This document shows positions 1 to 8,959 of a DNA stretch of 64,000 nt, piece after piece (position 1 is the first letter of the stretch; the number at the start of each line of letters is the position of its first letter). The notes under the pieces were generated by a model. It was not told the DNA's origin and searched no databases. It saw only the letters and a list, made by a program, of their open reading frames with translations. Position numbers and translations under genes: made by a program. Source of the stretch: an uncultured Akkermansia sp. (lineage in GTDB: Bacteria > Verrucomicrobiota > Verrucomicrobiia > Verrucomicrobiales > Akkermansiaceae). The DNA is taken from the NCBI GenBank assembly GCA_904501915.1, contig CAJGCV010000001.1, positions 17,280 through 81,279 on the forward strand, written 5' to 3'.

Positions 1-1
1 C

Positions 2-394
2 ACCCTGTACTGGGGCAACCTGTCACCGCAGGCGGGGCAGCGCCCTTGCGGAGAACTGGCAAGGGTCATCGATTCAGAGTTCGGCTCGTACAGCGACTTT
101 GCTCAGCTGTTCCGCAACGTGGCAACAGGTGTGCAGGGGAGTGGCTGGGCTGTTCTGGCAAAAGATGCCGTGAGTCACAGGCTGGTGGTACTGGCAGCGC
201 AGAAGCACCAGGATGCCCTCCTGCCGCGCATGCGCCCCCTGCTGGTGTGCGATGTCTGGGAGCACGCCTATTACCTGCGCTACCGCAACAACCGCGCCGC
301 TTATGTGGATGCCTTCATGGACCAGATCTGCTGGCATACCGTCTGCCAGCGTTACCATCATAACAAGGAGAATAACCATGCCTGCTGCAAATGA
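2..394 (+). CDS. sod: Fe/Mn superoxide dismutase, C-terminal part (5' end outside window)
   Basis: Frame open from nt 2: TLYWGNLSP...VQGSGW...DVWEHAYYLRY (SOD metal-binding DxWEHAYY motif). Confidence 0.95.
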   Translation, partial: TLYWGNLSPQAGQRPCGELARVIDSEFGSYSDFAQLFRNVATGVQGSGWAVLAKDAVSHRLVVLAAQKHQDALLPRMRPLLVCDVWEHAYYLRYRNNRAAYVDAFMDQICWHTVCQRYHHNKENNHACCK

Positions 395-950
395 AACACC
401 AAACTCTTGTTCATGTGCCGGAAAGAGAGGCTGGCTCGGTCGTCCCTGGGTCGCAGGAATACTTGCCGTTCTGGAGCTTGTGCTCGGCTTTATTCTTCTT
501 GGTTTTCCCTTTCTGCTGGGTATTTCTGCCGTCTGGGTGGCAGGAGTCGTTCTGTCGGTGGCTGGAGTGGTAAGACTGGTGCAGGGTATTATCCGGCGGG
601 CAAACCGCTGGTGGAATATGCTGGCCGCAATCCTTTATCTGCTGGTGGGTATCTTTACCGTGCTTATGCCGGCGTTATCCATGGAATGGTGGACGCTGCT
701 GCTTGGAGCCAGCATATTCACGGCCGGTGTCCTGCGCATGGGTGCCACCATCACGCTCTGGAACTCGGAGGGCCGCTACTGGCGTTTATTCAATGCCGTG
801 GTCTCCCTTGTGCTCGGTGCCATGATTATCTGGGAATGGCCGGAAAGTTCCCTCTGGCTTATCGGCACACTCCTGGCGGTGGAAATGATATTTTCCGGGT
901 GGACACTGATGTTTCTTGCTCTTGCGCCCGGGAGTAGAGACCAGGTTTAA
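378..950 (+). CDS. HdeD/DUF308 family membrane protein
   Basis: About six hydrophobic helices, WPESSLWLIGTLLAVEMIFSGW C-terminus; AAGGAG upstream of ATG 378. Confidence 0.8.
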   Translation: MPAANETPNSCSCAGKRGWLGRPWVAGILAVLELVLGFILLGFPFLLGISAVWVAGVVLSVAGVVRLVQGIIRRANRWWNMLAAILYLLVGIFTVLMPALSMEWWTLLLGASIFTAGVLRMGATITLWNSEGRYWRLFNAVVSLVLGAMIIWEWPESSLWLIGTLLAVEMIFSGWTLMFLALAPGSRDQV

Positions 951-1972
951 CGCCCAGCTTCAATGGCCTGCCGCATGCAGGCCATTTTGTTTTCAGTTTC
1001 GAGCCATTCCTGCTCCTCATCAGAATCAGGCATGAGCCCGCCGCCGGCATACAGGCGGCATACTCCATCAAACACCTGCATGCATCGCAGGGAAACATAG
1101 AGCTGCACTGCACCGTGCCCCCACGGCCCCAGATACCCCGCATAGCATGAACGGTCAATATCCGGGTAATTCTGCAGCAGGTGGCGTGCCTTGCCAACGG
1201 GTGAACCGCACACTGCCGGTGTGGGAGGGAGTTTATCAAGAAGCATCAGCATGCGACCCGGGGGCATCTGGAAGTTAAAGCGTGTGCAGAGGTGCTCAAT
1301 GCTGCCCGCACGCAGGTTTTCCAGCGGGCCTTCATGCAGCTCATTGGCCAGGGGGGTGAGCGTGTCGCGTATAAACTCGGTGACCAGCGCCTGTTCCCGC
1401 TTATTCTTGGTATCCCATGGCAGCGTGCAGGGAATCCGGGTGCCCGCCAGTGCCATGGTGCTCCACCTGTCGCCCTGGCCGGTCACCAGCTGCTCCGGGG
1501 TGCAGAATAACCACGTGCCGTATTTCGGCGTGTGCACCAGAGCCTTGAATGCTGCCGGCTGCGCGGCGCAGGCCGCCTCGAATGCACGGTATGGAGAAAA
1601 CTCCGGCGTTACCTCTTCATCTGCCGTGCGTGCCAGCACAATTTTGCGCACCTCGCCCTCGCGTATGAACCCGGTGTACAGATTGAATAACGCCGCATAC
1701 GTTTCGCGCGTGGTTGCGTTTGCCGCCGGTATACGGCTCATTTCTTCCCATTGGGCAGCTTCCGGCACTTCTGCCAGCTCTTCCGGGATAAACAGGCTGT
1801 TCCCATCAAACGCCGCCAGAATAAAACCATTTTTGAAAATAGGGTCATCCTCCACGCGACCATCCTCTGCCATGCAGAACACGGGCTCGGTTTCCCCTGG
1901 CAGACAGTAGAGCGCAAATGCACATTGCCTGTGGCAAAGTGCATTTATCTTTTTCTCTGTGGTGGCGTGCAT
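947..1972 (-). CDS. Chorismate-binding enzyme, isochorismate synthase (MenF-like)
   Basis: KIVLART, TPEQL, MALAGT, KNKREQ, IEHL, PTPAVCG, LRCM, YAGGG, EWLETENK motifs; start chosen from promoter position. Confidence 0.85.
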   Translation of the reverse strand: MHATTEKKINALCHRQCAFALYCLPGETEPVFCMAEDGRVEDDPIFKNGFILAAFDGNSLFIPEELAEVPEAAQWEEMSRIPAANATTRETYAALFNLYTGFIREGEVRKIVLARTADEEVTPEFSPYRAFEAACAAQPAAFKALVHTPKYGTWLFCTPEQLVTGQGDRWSTMALAGTRIPCTLPWDTKNKREQALVTEFIRDTLTPLANELHEGPLENLRAGSIEHLCTRFNFQMPPGRMLMLLDKLPPTPAVCGSPVGKARHLLQNYPDIDRSCYAGYLGPWGHGAVQLYVSLRCMQVFDGVCRLYAGGGLMPDSDEEQEWLETENKMACMRQAIEAGR

Positions 1973-1979
1973 CCCCGCT

Positions 1980-2008
1980 ACCATACACCGAATCTGCCGC
2001 TTTGGCAA
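1980..2008 (-). promoter_or_regulatory. sigma70-type promoter, leaderless geometry
   Basis: TTGCCA-17 nt-TATGGT-7 nt-ATG(1972). Confidence 0.6.
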
Positions 2009-2014
2009 TTCCTT

Positions 2015-2734
2015 TTAAGCCCACAGAACGTCAACCTCTGCGCGGATTCCCTCCGCAGAGTTAATCACGTGGTGCGTATAGCTGCCGTTGCGGTAGTGTT
2101 CCACTTGCACCGGTGTGTCCAGCATACATTCCTTGCGGAAAGCCATGTGAACCCGGGTCGGACTCCCCTCGGGCGTGAGCTCCAGGGGCAGGGTATCAAG
2201 TGCCCACACAAGATAAGCACTGTTGTTGATGTGACCGTTGAAATCAATATCACGCCGCGAGGCGGTGTGCGCACAGGTGGCAAACGGCTGCTCGCTCCAT
2301 TCCGGGCATACCAGTTCCTCGGTTATCGGTGGGCATTCCAACCCATTGATGGACAACTGCGCGCGCTTAATGGGGAAAGGACGCCGTGTGTCGATATCGA
2401 TGAGTACCCACAGCAAATCTGCCCGGGCCAGCACATTCCCGTCTTTATCCGTCATCTCCACAAATCGGCGTGCCTGTACCGCTCCGGCCTGGCCCGTATT
2501 CGTGCGCAGCGAAATGGTCTCCTTCCACCCCGGACGCCGGAAAAATTCATAATTCCCGCGCGTCTCCACCCATATTTTATGGTTTTCCACAGCCCAGCCA
2601 TAGCCCAGGTTATTCAAATCGGCGTGCTCTTCTGCCATCTCCTGGCACAAGTGCATGAAAAACTCCGGTTTCATCAGGTGATCTGCGGAGCATTCGTAAC
2701 TGGTAATCGTGTGCGTGAGCGTAAGGTCTTCCAT
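2015..2734 (-). CDS. Acyl-ACP thioesterase (double hotdog fold)
   Basis: CQEMAEEHA, DIDFNGHINNSAYLVWALD motif. Confidence 0.9.
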   Translation of the reverse strand: MEDLTLTHTITSYECSADHLMKPEFFMHLCQEMAEEHADLNNLGYGWAVENHKIWVETRGNYEFFRRPGWKETISLRTNTGQAGAVQARRFVEMTDKDGNVLARADLLWVLIDIDTRRPFPIKRAQLSINGLECPPITEELVCPEWSEQPFATCAHTASRRDIDFNGHINNSAYLVWALDTLPLELTPEGSPTRVHMAFRKECMLDTPVQVEHYRNGSYTHHVINSAEGIRAEVDVLWA

Positions 2735-2741
2735 AGAGAGT

Positions 2742-2770
2742 ACTCTAGCATGTTGCCGCCGACTTGTCAA
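2742..2770 (-). promoter_or_regulatory. sigma70-type promoter, leaderless geometry
   Basis: TTGACA-17 nt-TAGAGT (TG extended -10)-7 nt-ATG(2734). Confidence 0.75.
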
Positions 2771-2784
2771 TTGATTGTTCCGTA

Positions 2785-3042
2785 ATGTGCAGGCAGGCCA
2801 CACGTGTCCCAAAGATTTGGGACACGTAGATTTACGAATTTTTTTGATTTGCGATTTACGATTTGAAAGTTAGCGGCTTACGCCGATATGCCCGCAAGCG
2901 AACGCTTACTGCCGATGGTGGAGCAAGTGATACTCCAACGCGATTTTTCACGCAGAACACTATGCCTTTATGTCGTTTAGGACTCTTTTCACATAATCAT
3001 TGGGACACATGTGCAGGCAGGCATACGCGTGTTTGAAAGTTA
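2785..3042. repeat. Intergenic repeat complex: direct repeats, 12-bp hairpin and heptamer repeats
   Basis: ATGTGCAGGCAGGC at 2785 and 3009; TTTGAAAGTTA at 2862 and 3032; ACGTGTCCCAAA-GA-TTTGGGACACGT at 2802-2827; TTGGGACAC again at 3000; GATTTAC-like heptamers at 2829-2865. Confidence 0.7.
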
Positions 3043-3153
3043 TTGCGCTAAATTGTTATCTATACGCTTCTCAAATCTTTGCGGGCAGATTTTATGCTTG
3101 TGTTGAGCAGCATAAAATGATACGTTTGTTACGGTTTACCAGTGTTTTTTTTC

Positions 3154-4167
3154 ATGCGTTGCTTTTCGTCTCTTGTTTGTTTGGTGCTGCTGATACTATC
3201 AGGCGTTTCTCTTTGCTGCCGGGCAGAGCAGGAGAAGGCGCCGGGCTTCAGGCTGGTGACATCAAAAAAGGACTATCCTCAGAGGACGTGGCAGGTCCCT
3301 CCGGAATTTTTTGAATCAGATGCTCCGGTAAACCGGGAGTTTCTTTTTTCATTTTTTAAAGCAAAAGGGGTCTCGTTGTCGAAGAAATGCTCAGTGTCGT
3401 ATCTGAAGAATGAGAACCAGTTGCTGCTGGCCGATACGCAGAAGAAAACGGATAGGGTGCATGCGTTGGTAGAGCAGTATGCCAAATCTGTCGCGTCTTC
3501 ATCAGCTTTGCCACCTGAGGTGAAGTGCGGAGAGATTGTGGATGGAACATTGCGTGAAATCCCGTATCCTAAATCTCTGTTTGCTGATTTTATTTCCGAT
3601 TTGAACTTCATTTCCGGCAGACCTCCCAAAAGACCGAGAGCTTATTATTTTGTGCCAGTGGAGTACAACGATAGTGACGAGGATGACGATTTTTTCCCCA
3701 GAAGGAAGAAGAAAAGCGGAAAGAAAGCCGTAAGTGCCAGTCTGCTTAAATCGCTGAAAAAACAAGTCAAGGTATTTGAAAACCGGGATGACGTGGCGTG
3801 TATCATTGTGCTTAAGGAAAAAGTCAACCGCGGCCATCTCCCGGAACATTGGTCTGTCCCCGTTATTTCCGGAAAGAAATTAAAAGATAGCATTCGTAGG
3901 GTGCTGATCAAGCATAAGGTTTTAAAGAAGAGCTCCAAATCTGATTTTGCAGATGAGGAGTTTGACCCCGGGATTGATACAAAGACCAGTAGAGGAGTTT
4001 TTCTTTCCGGGTTGTGGAAAACGTATTCTCATGATTCAGATTTCGGTCGTGGAGTCATATCAGACGAATGCCTTTTTACATACTACGGATATCGTGTGGA
4101 AGGCGTGAATCTGGGGAATGCGGGAATTCTGGAATATCTTAAGGAATTGGATAAGTCAGCCCCTTAA
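3154..4167 (+). CDS. Secreted Lys-rich hypothetical protein
   Basis: 337-aa ORF, N-terminal hydrophobic signal-like segment, visibly AT-richer than neighbours. Confidence 0.75.
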   Translation: MRCFSSLVCLVLLILSGVSLCCRAEQEKAPGFRLVTSKKDYPQRTWQVPPEFFESDAPVNREFLFSFFKAKGVSLSKKCSVSYLKNENQLLLADTQKKTDRVHALVEQYAKSVASSSALPPEVKCGEIVDGTLREIPYPKSLFADFISDLNFISGRPPKRPRAYYFVPVEYNDSDEDDDFFPRRKKKSGKKAVSASLLKSLKKQVKVFENRDDVACIIVLKEKVNRGHLPEHWSVPVISGKKLKDSIRRVLIKHKVLKKSSKSDFADEEFDPGIDTKTSRGVFLSGLWKTYSHDSDFGRGVISDECLFTYYGYRVEGVNLGNAGILEYLKELDKSAP

Positions 4168-4812
4168 TCTATCTGATGAGTCAGCCGCACATAAGCGGAG
4201 CAATTCTTTTTCACTGGGGGTGAGCTCGGTGTTTTCCGGCAAACGGCAGGCACCGGCAGCCAGAAGCAGCCGGACCATGGATTCATTGTAAGTCCAGAGA
4301 GCCATCAGCAAGGGCGTGTGGCCATGGCTGTTGCAGTGGTTGGGATTTGCCCCGGCTCGCAGCAGCAGTTGTATGGTATCCAGAGAGGCGTTGTAGAAAC
4401 CGCAATCCCAGCAATGGTAAATCAGCGGAGTGTCGCCCCGTTTATTCCGGGCGTTGACTCCGGCGCCGGCTTCCAGGGCAAGTGCTGCCAGTTCCCGCTG
4501 GTTGAACAGAAGCCGTGTAGCCGTTGCTCTGCGGCGCTCCTGGTGTGTGTGCTGCAGAAGCAGCCGGGCGGTGGCGGCATCGTGCACATAGTCGATGACG
4601 GGGCGGTTCCCTTTGTTTCTTGCCTGAGTATCAGCTCCCGCTGCCAGCAGAACTGCGGCTGTTTCCGGGAATCTGTTGTATGCAGCCAGCATTAACGGTG
4701 TGCGGCCTTTCCCATCTCGAGAATCTACCGGAATTCCCTGCGCCAACAGCTCCTGTACCCGTCTGGTATCGCCACACCACGCGGCGTATAGTAATTGGGA
4801 TTCCTGCTTCAC
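4156..4812 (-). CDS. Ankyrin repeat protein
   Basis: GRTPLMLAA, GDTPLIYH, GHTPLLMA, LLxAGAxxN repeats; ATGA overlap with GH18 stop. Confidence 0.9.
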   Translation of the reverse strand: MKQESQLLYAAWCGDTRRVQELLAQGIPVDSRDGKGRTPLMLAAYNRFPETAAVLLAAGADTQARNKGNRPVIDYVHDAATARLLLQHTHQERRRATATRLLFNQRELAALALEAGAGVNARNKRGDTPLIYHCWDCGFYNASLDTIQLLLRAGANPNHCNSHGHTPLLMALWTYNESMVRLLLAAGACRLPENTELTPSEKELLRLCAADSSDRLRG

Positions 4813-6290
4813 TTTTTGCTGACTCTGGGTTGGCGCACAATCTTGAACATGGCCTTGGCGAGCGAGGCCCGGTGGCCCAGCTTCACATCGGTATCATAAG
4901 CCCAAATCATCACTCCTCCGAATTTCTGCTGTTTCATCCACCTGCATTTTTCGGAGATGAGTTGCGGTCCATTGAATGAATGCACAGGCCCGGGGGAGCC
5001 ATCCTGCTTTTTAGAGCGGACCGTGTTTTCTGCGGGGGAGAGATTGGGATACCAGCCCACAATGGTGGAATATCCGAACTGTTCTGTCAGTTTCCCCTGT
5101 TCGTTGCTGTAGAAGGGGAGCCCCACGACAATGCGCGGTTTGGGCATGTGGAATTTCTCCACGCAGAGGTTGGCGTCTCCCTGAAAGCGCTGCATCGAAG
5201 CGTGCTGCGGTCCCAGGTCATCATACGACATGGTCATGAGGAAATCCAGCTGGTCCGTCACATCGAATATCGGCACTTTGTATGTGACCGAGGCTGCTAT
5301 ACTGACAGACATGGCGGACCCCGCCAGCTCTTCCCGCAAATCCGCAATGAAGAGACCGAAGTTGACCCATTGGTCATACGAATCGGGGTATTCCCAGTCA
5401 ATATCAATACCATCGTATCCGCGTTCGATAGCCCAGGTGGCCATGTTGTGTGCCAGCCTGCGGCGAGTTTCCGGGTTGGCTACTGCGGTGGTCATGGGGT
5501 CATCCATGTGGGCAAAACCTGCCAGCAGCAGAGATGCAGCGTCAGCTTCCTGGTGAAGGCGTTTGATTTCTGCCAGTGCCTCATCTGCCACTACTTTGGG
5601 CTCTACTCCTTCACCCGCCCATTGGTATTGGATGTCGCCTTCCGCTGAAACCGTATAGGCAAAGTGCACCAGGTCGGTGAACAGGTTGAAATGCGCAGGT
5701 GTGAGGTGCACCGCTTCTTTGGCGTTGCCCCAGCCTTTTACCCAGCGTGGGCGGTAGTAGGGAACGATGCGATAGGGGAAGGGATAGATGCGCCCGATAA
5801 CGCGTTTCTTGAGTGCTTTGGCTCGCTTCAGTTTGGGTTTTACCGTGCTGCCATCCTCGAGTGTGACACTGGTGCAAAGTGCGTCAATGAGGTTACCACG
5901 CTTAGCGTTTTTTTTCAGATTGTAGCTAATCCAGTAATAAACCGGCTCCGGCCCGGCTTCAATGCTGACATCAAAGGAGAATTTTCCCTTCTTATCAGGC
6001 TTGGCTGAGCCTTTTTCCACAGCCAGTTTGCTGGTGTTGAGAGTATAGCCGTTCCAGTTGCCTGAGGTGGAAAGGTAGGCCATCTGAATATCTGAGGTGC
6101 TGGTAGTTTTTCCGTCGCTGAATTCCAGTCTGCTTATCTTTTCACCGGGTTCACCTGTAATTTTGATTTGCAGAATACCCTGCTGCTTCACGCCCGGGTA
6201 AAACACGCCGTGTGTGTGACGCATTTCAACGGTTGCCCCCTCAGCGACTGACACGATGCATGCGGCAAGTGCGATGAACTTCCACCTCAT
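4809..6290 (-). CDS. Secreted GH18 glycoside hydrolase (chitinase/endo-beta-N-acetylglucosaminidase-like) with N-terminal beta-rich accessory domain
   Basis: Signal peptide; DGIDIDWEYP catalytic motif, MSYD, GLPFY, GGVMIWAYD. Confidence 0.92.
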   Translation of the reverse strand: MRWKFIALAACIVSVAEGATVEMRHTHGVFYPGVKQQGILQIKITGEPGEKISRLEFSDGKTTSTSDIQMAYLSTSGNWNGYTLNTSKLAVEKGSAKPDKKGKFSFDVSIEAGPEPVYYWISYNLKKNAKRGNLIDALCTSVTLEDGSTVKPKLKRAKALKKRVIGRIYPFPYRIVPYYRPRWVKGWGNAKEAVHLTPAHFNLFTDLVHFAYTVSAEGDIQYQWAGEGVEPKVVADEALAEIKRLHQEADAASLLLAGFAHMDDPMTTAVANPETRRRLAHNMATWAIERGYDGIDIDWEYPDSYDQWVNFGLFIADLREELAGSAMSVSIAASVTYKVPIFDVTDQLDFLMTMSYDDLGPQHASMQRFQGDANLCVEKFHMPKPRIVVGLPFYSNEQGKLTEQFGYSTIVGWYPNLSPAENTVRSKKQDGSPGPVHSFNGPQLISEKCRWMKQQKFGGVMIWAYDTDVKLGHRASLAKAMFKIVRQPRVSKK

Positions 6291-6361
6291 GTAGAAATGT
6301 ATAGCACATTTGCCGGCAGGATGCAAGGCTGTTGCTGTTCCTGTCGGGAATTACAGGCGCT

Positions 6362-7216
6362 TTAGTTTGCCGTGTTCAGGAATTGCCTGATTTCCTGAAG
6401 CCGTTTTTCTGCCGCAGCGCGGCCGATGTTGTAGGTGGCGCGGAGCAGGGCGGGGTCTTTGGTGAGCCGCTTGATGGGCAGGGGCTCGGTGGGGCGGATG
6501 ACCAGGGTGTTGCCAGCTGCCTCCTGCTGGTTCACGTAGTCTCGCTGGGCGTTGTACATGAGGTGCCGCACTTCCATGGCTTGCACCAACGCCGGGTATT
6601 TGCGGTACATGAAGCGGATGAAGGGCATGGCTACGCTTTCCTTTTTGTCGTATTCGGCGTGCTGGGTCAGGATGACCACGTTGCGCGCGTAGCCGAGGCT
6701 TTCGAAGAATTGCAGCGGAATGGCATCCGAAATGCCGCCATCCAGCAGCTTCTGCCCATCGATATCCACTATCTGCGATACCAGCGGCATGCTGGCCGAA
6801 GCCCGGATCCAGTCGAATCCATGGTCGGCATAGCTCTCGTATTTGTGGTAGACCGGTTTGCCGGTTTCCACATCGGTGCAGACGATGTAGAACGCCATGG
6901 GGTGCGCTTCAAAGGTAGCAAAATCAAACGGATCATGCACGAGCGGAACTTCGTTGTAGCAGAAGTCGGTGCTGTATAAATTGCCTTCACGCCATACATT
7001 GCCCCAGCTGCAGTATCGTTTATCGTTGCAGAAACGTTCGTTGTAGCGTATGGCTCGGCCAATCTGGCGGGATTTGTAGTTGCACCCGAATGCCGCCCCT
7101 GCGGAAACGCCGATAGCGCCGTCAAATTCAATGCCGTGCTCCATCATCACATCGATGACACCGGCAGTGAACATGCCGCGCATCGCTCCGCCTTCCAGGA
7201 TGAGTCCCTTTTTCAT
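6362..7216 (-). CDS. Patatin-like phospholipase/esterase (DUF6363 type)
   Basis: EGGAMRG, GVSAG nucleophile motif, ASASMP, LDGG. Confidence 0.92.
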   Translation of the reverse strand: MKKGLILEGGAMRGMFTAGVIDVMMEHGIEFDGAIGVSAGAAFGCNYKSRQIGRAIRYNERFCNDKRYCSWGNVWREGNLYSTDFCYNEVPLVHDPFDFATFEAHPMAFYIVCTDVETGKPVYHKYESYADHGFDWIRASASMPLVSQIVDIDGQKLLDGGISDAIPLQFFESLGYARNVVILTQHAEYDKKESVAMPFIRFMYRKYPALVQAMEVRHLMYNAQRDYVNQQEAAGNTLVIRPTEPLPIKRLTKDPALLRATYNIGRAAAEKRLQEIRQFLNTAN

Positions 7217-8085
7217 TTGTGTAAATATTCCAGTGAGGTCTGCAGTAGTTTCTGAAGTCCGGGCAGGCTTTCAAAGAACGGGGCGAGGGCGTGCATGCGC
7301 CTGGGAGTGCAGCGCTCTGCCGGCAGTATCGGACTGCCGAAGGGATGTTCGTAAAGTCCTATATAGATGAGTGTCAGCCGGAAATATTCTGCGAGCGTGT
7401 TGAGCCGGAGCATCTCCCAGTTACCGCTTGTTTTGAAATACTGAAGCGAGTGATGCAGTTCACGCAGTGCGTCGATGCTCGCTTGTTCGTTTTCCCGGGA
7501 GGCGGCAGCGCAGAATGCCTTGAAAAACTCCAACGCAGTTTTATAATCTTTTGCCCAGCGCTGCTGCAGAAGTTGAGCGGGCCGTTGCAGCGCAGTCTCT
7601 CCGCCCAGAAGCTCCAGCAGTTGCAGAACCGCCTGGCGTAGTTCCGGGGGTGTATCTGTGCCGACCAGAATGCACTGGATTTCGTTGCTGAGCAGAACGA
7701 GCGTTTCAAAGCCTTCATCCAGCTCCGGAGCCTCAAAGTCAATACCGCATTCTCCGGCATAAACGGCCTCCATCCATTGCCCCTGCCAGAGCACGGCATC
7801 TGCCAGCATAATCACATTCTGCCTTGTGTCCGGGGGCAGCTGCGCCAGCCTGATACAGTGGGGGCGTATCATTTCTGTGGCGTGCTGCACGGCATCTGTT
7901 TTCAGGGTATCAGCCAGTACCAGGTACCGCAGTTCATGGTACACCCCCAGAGCGTCATTCAGAGCGTCGGTCAGCGAGGGGTTGATTATGTGTTCTGCGC
8001 AAGGTGCATTCTCCGCTTTCTGGTGCGCAACACATGGCTGCAGAACAGAGCACAAAAGTACAGATATCAGGGCGATGCGGTTCAT
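7213..8085 (-). CDS. Secreted helical hypothetical protein
   Basis: 290-aa ORF with signal peptide; ATGA overlaps on both sides. Confidence 0.75.
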   Translation of the reverse strand: MNRIALISVLLCSVLQPCVAHQKAENAPCAEHIINPSLTDALNDALGVYHELRYLVLADTLKTDAVQHATEMIRPHCIRLAQLPPDTRQNVIMLADAVLWQGQWMEAVYAGECGIDFEAPELDEGFETLVLLSNEIQCILVGTDTPPELRQAVLQLLELLGGETALQRPAQLLQQRWAKDYKTALEFFKAFCAAASRENEQASIDALRELHHSLQYFKTSGNWEMLRLNTLAEYFRLTLIYIGLYEHPFGSPILPAERCTPRRMHALAPFFESLPGLQKLLQTSLEYLHK

Positions 8086-8945
8086 TGTTTTATATCAGGA
8101 TGCGGCAATCCGTCTTTGTGTTCAACATGTTCGTCTTGTGAGGTGAATTCCGTGAGGTGCGCGCGGATAAAGGCCGCATTTCCCCCGTGGAGAAGGTCCT
8201 GGGGTGTCAGTCCCTTCTGTGTGCGGGCATGTGGTCTGGCTCCGTTTTCCAACAGCCAGATAGCGAGCACAAAATCATCCAGCGCGCAGGCGTGGTGCAG
8301 GGCTGTGAATCCGCCCGTGCCGGGGAGTGTGTGGTCAATGCTGCTGCCGTTCTGCATGGCGGTCAGAAGTTCGGTCAGTTGCTGTTTGTGGCTGATGCCC
8401 CGGGCCGTCTTGGGCGAGATACCGCGCAGGTAATCCTGCATCTGTTCCACCTCTCCCGCAGGAACGGTTACAGATGGGGACGGTGCGGGAGTTGCCTGGG
8501 GGCTGGGGGGCGCTGGTGGCGGTTCGGGCTTTGTAGCAGGCGGATTGGCCAGAAGTTTCTGGATTCCGGCACGGTGTGGTCCGCTGGCACATAAATGAGG
8601 GGTGGCTCCTTTATGGGTGCGGAGCCTGGGGTTGGCACCGCGTTTTAACAGAGCGGAAACTAATTCCAGATCGCCGATGGCGCAGGCGTAGTGCAGGGCG
8701 GTGTTGCCTTTGTGTGCGGGCAGCAGACCATCCACCGGGAATCCTTCGGCAATCATCGGCAGCAATGTAAGCAATCTCGCCTGGAAAAGCGAGTTCATTC
8801 CGCGTGTGTGCTCAATGCGTTCGGCGTGGGCGAGCATCTCGGCATCGGGCAGGGGGGTGGGATGCGCAGTAGCGGGCTGCCACATCATCAGCGTAAGCCC
8901 CACGCAGAGCGGCAAACGGCGCATTCTGGTCATGATGCACTGCAT
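8082..8945 (-). CDS. Secreted ankyrin repeat protein, two modules joined by a Pro-rich linker
   Basis: GNTALHYAC...LLKRGANP and GFTALHHAC...LLENGARP; start uncertain (8945/8933/8924). Confidence 0.85.
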   Translation of the reverse strand: MQCIMTRMRRLPLCVGLTLMMWQPATAHPTPLPDAEMLAHAERIEHTRGMNSLFQARLLTLLPMIAEGFPVDGLLPAHKGNTALHYACAIGDLELVSALLKRGANPRLRTHKGATPHLCASGPHRAGIQKLLANPPATKPEPPPAPPSPQATPAPSPSVTVPAGEVEQMQDYLRGISPKTARGISHKQQLTELLTAMQNGSSIDHTLPGTGGFTALHHACALDDFVLAIWLLENGARPHARTQKGLTPQDLLHGGNAAFIRAHLTEFTSQDEHVEHKDGLPHPDIKQ

Positions 8946-8959
8946 AAAATCGTATATCT

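Noticed and set aside
2785..3042. Possible CRISPR array from the repeated ATGTGCAGGCAGGC
   Set aside because: Only two short copies 224 bp apart, no regular spacers, no cas genes in the window
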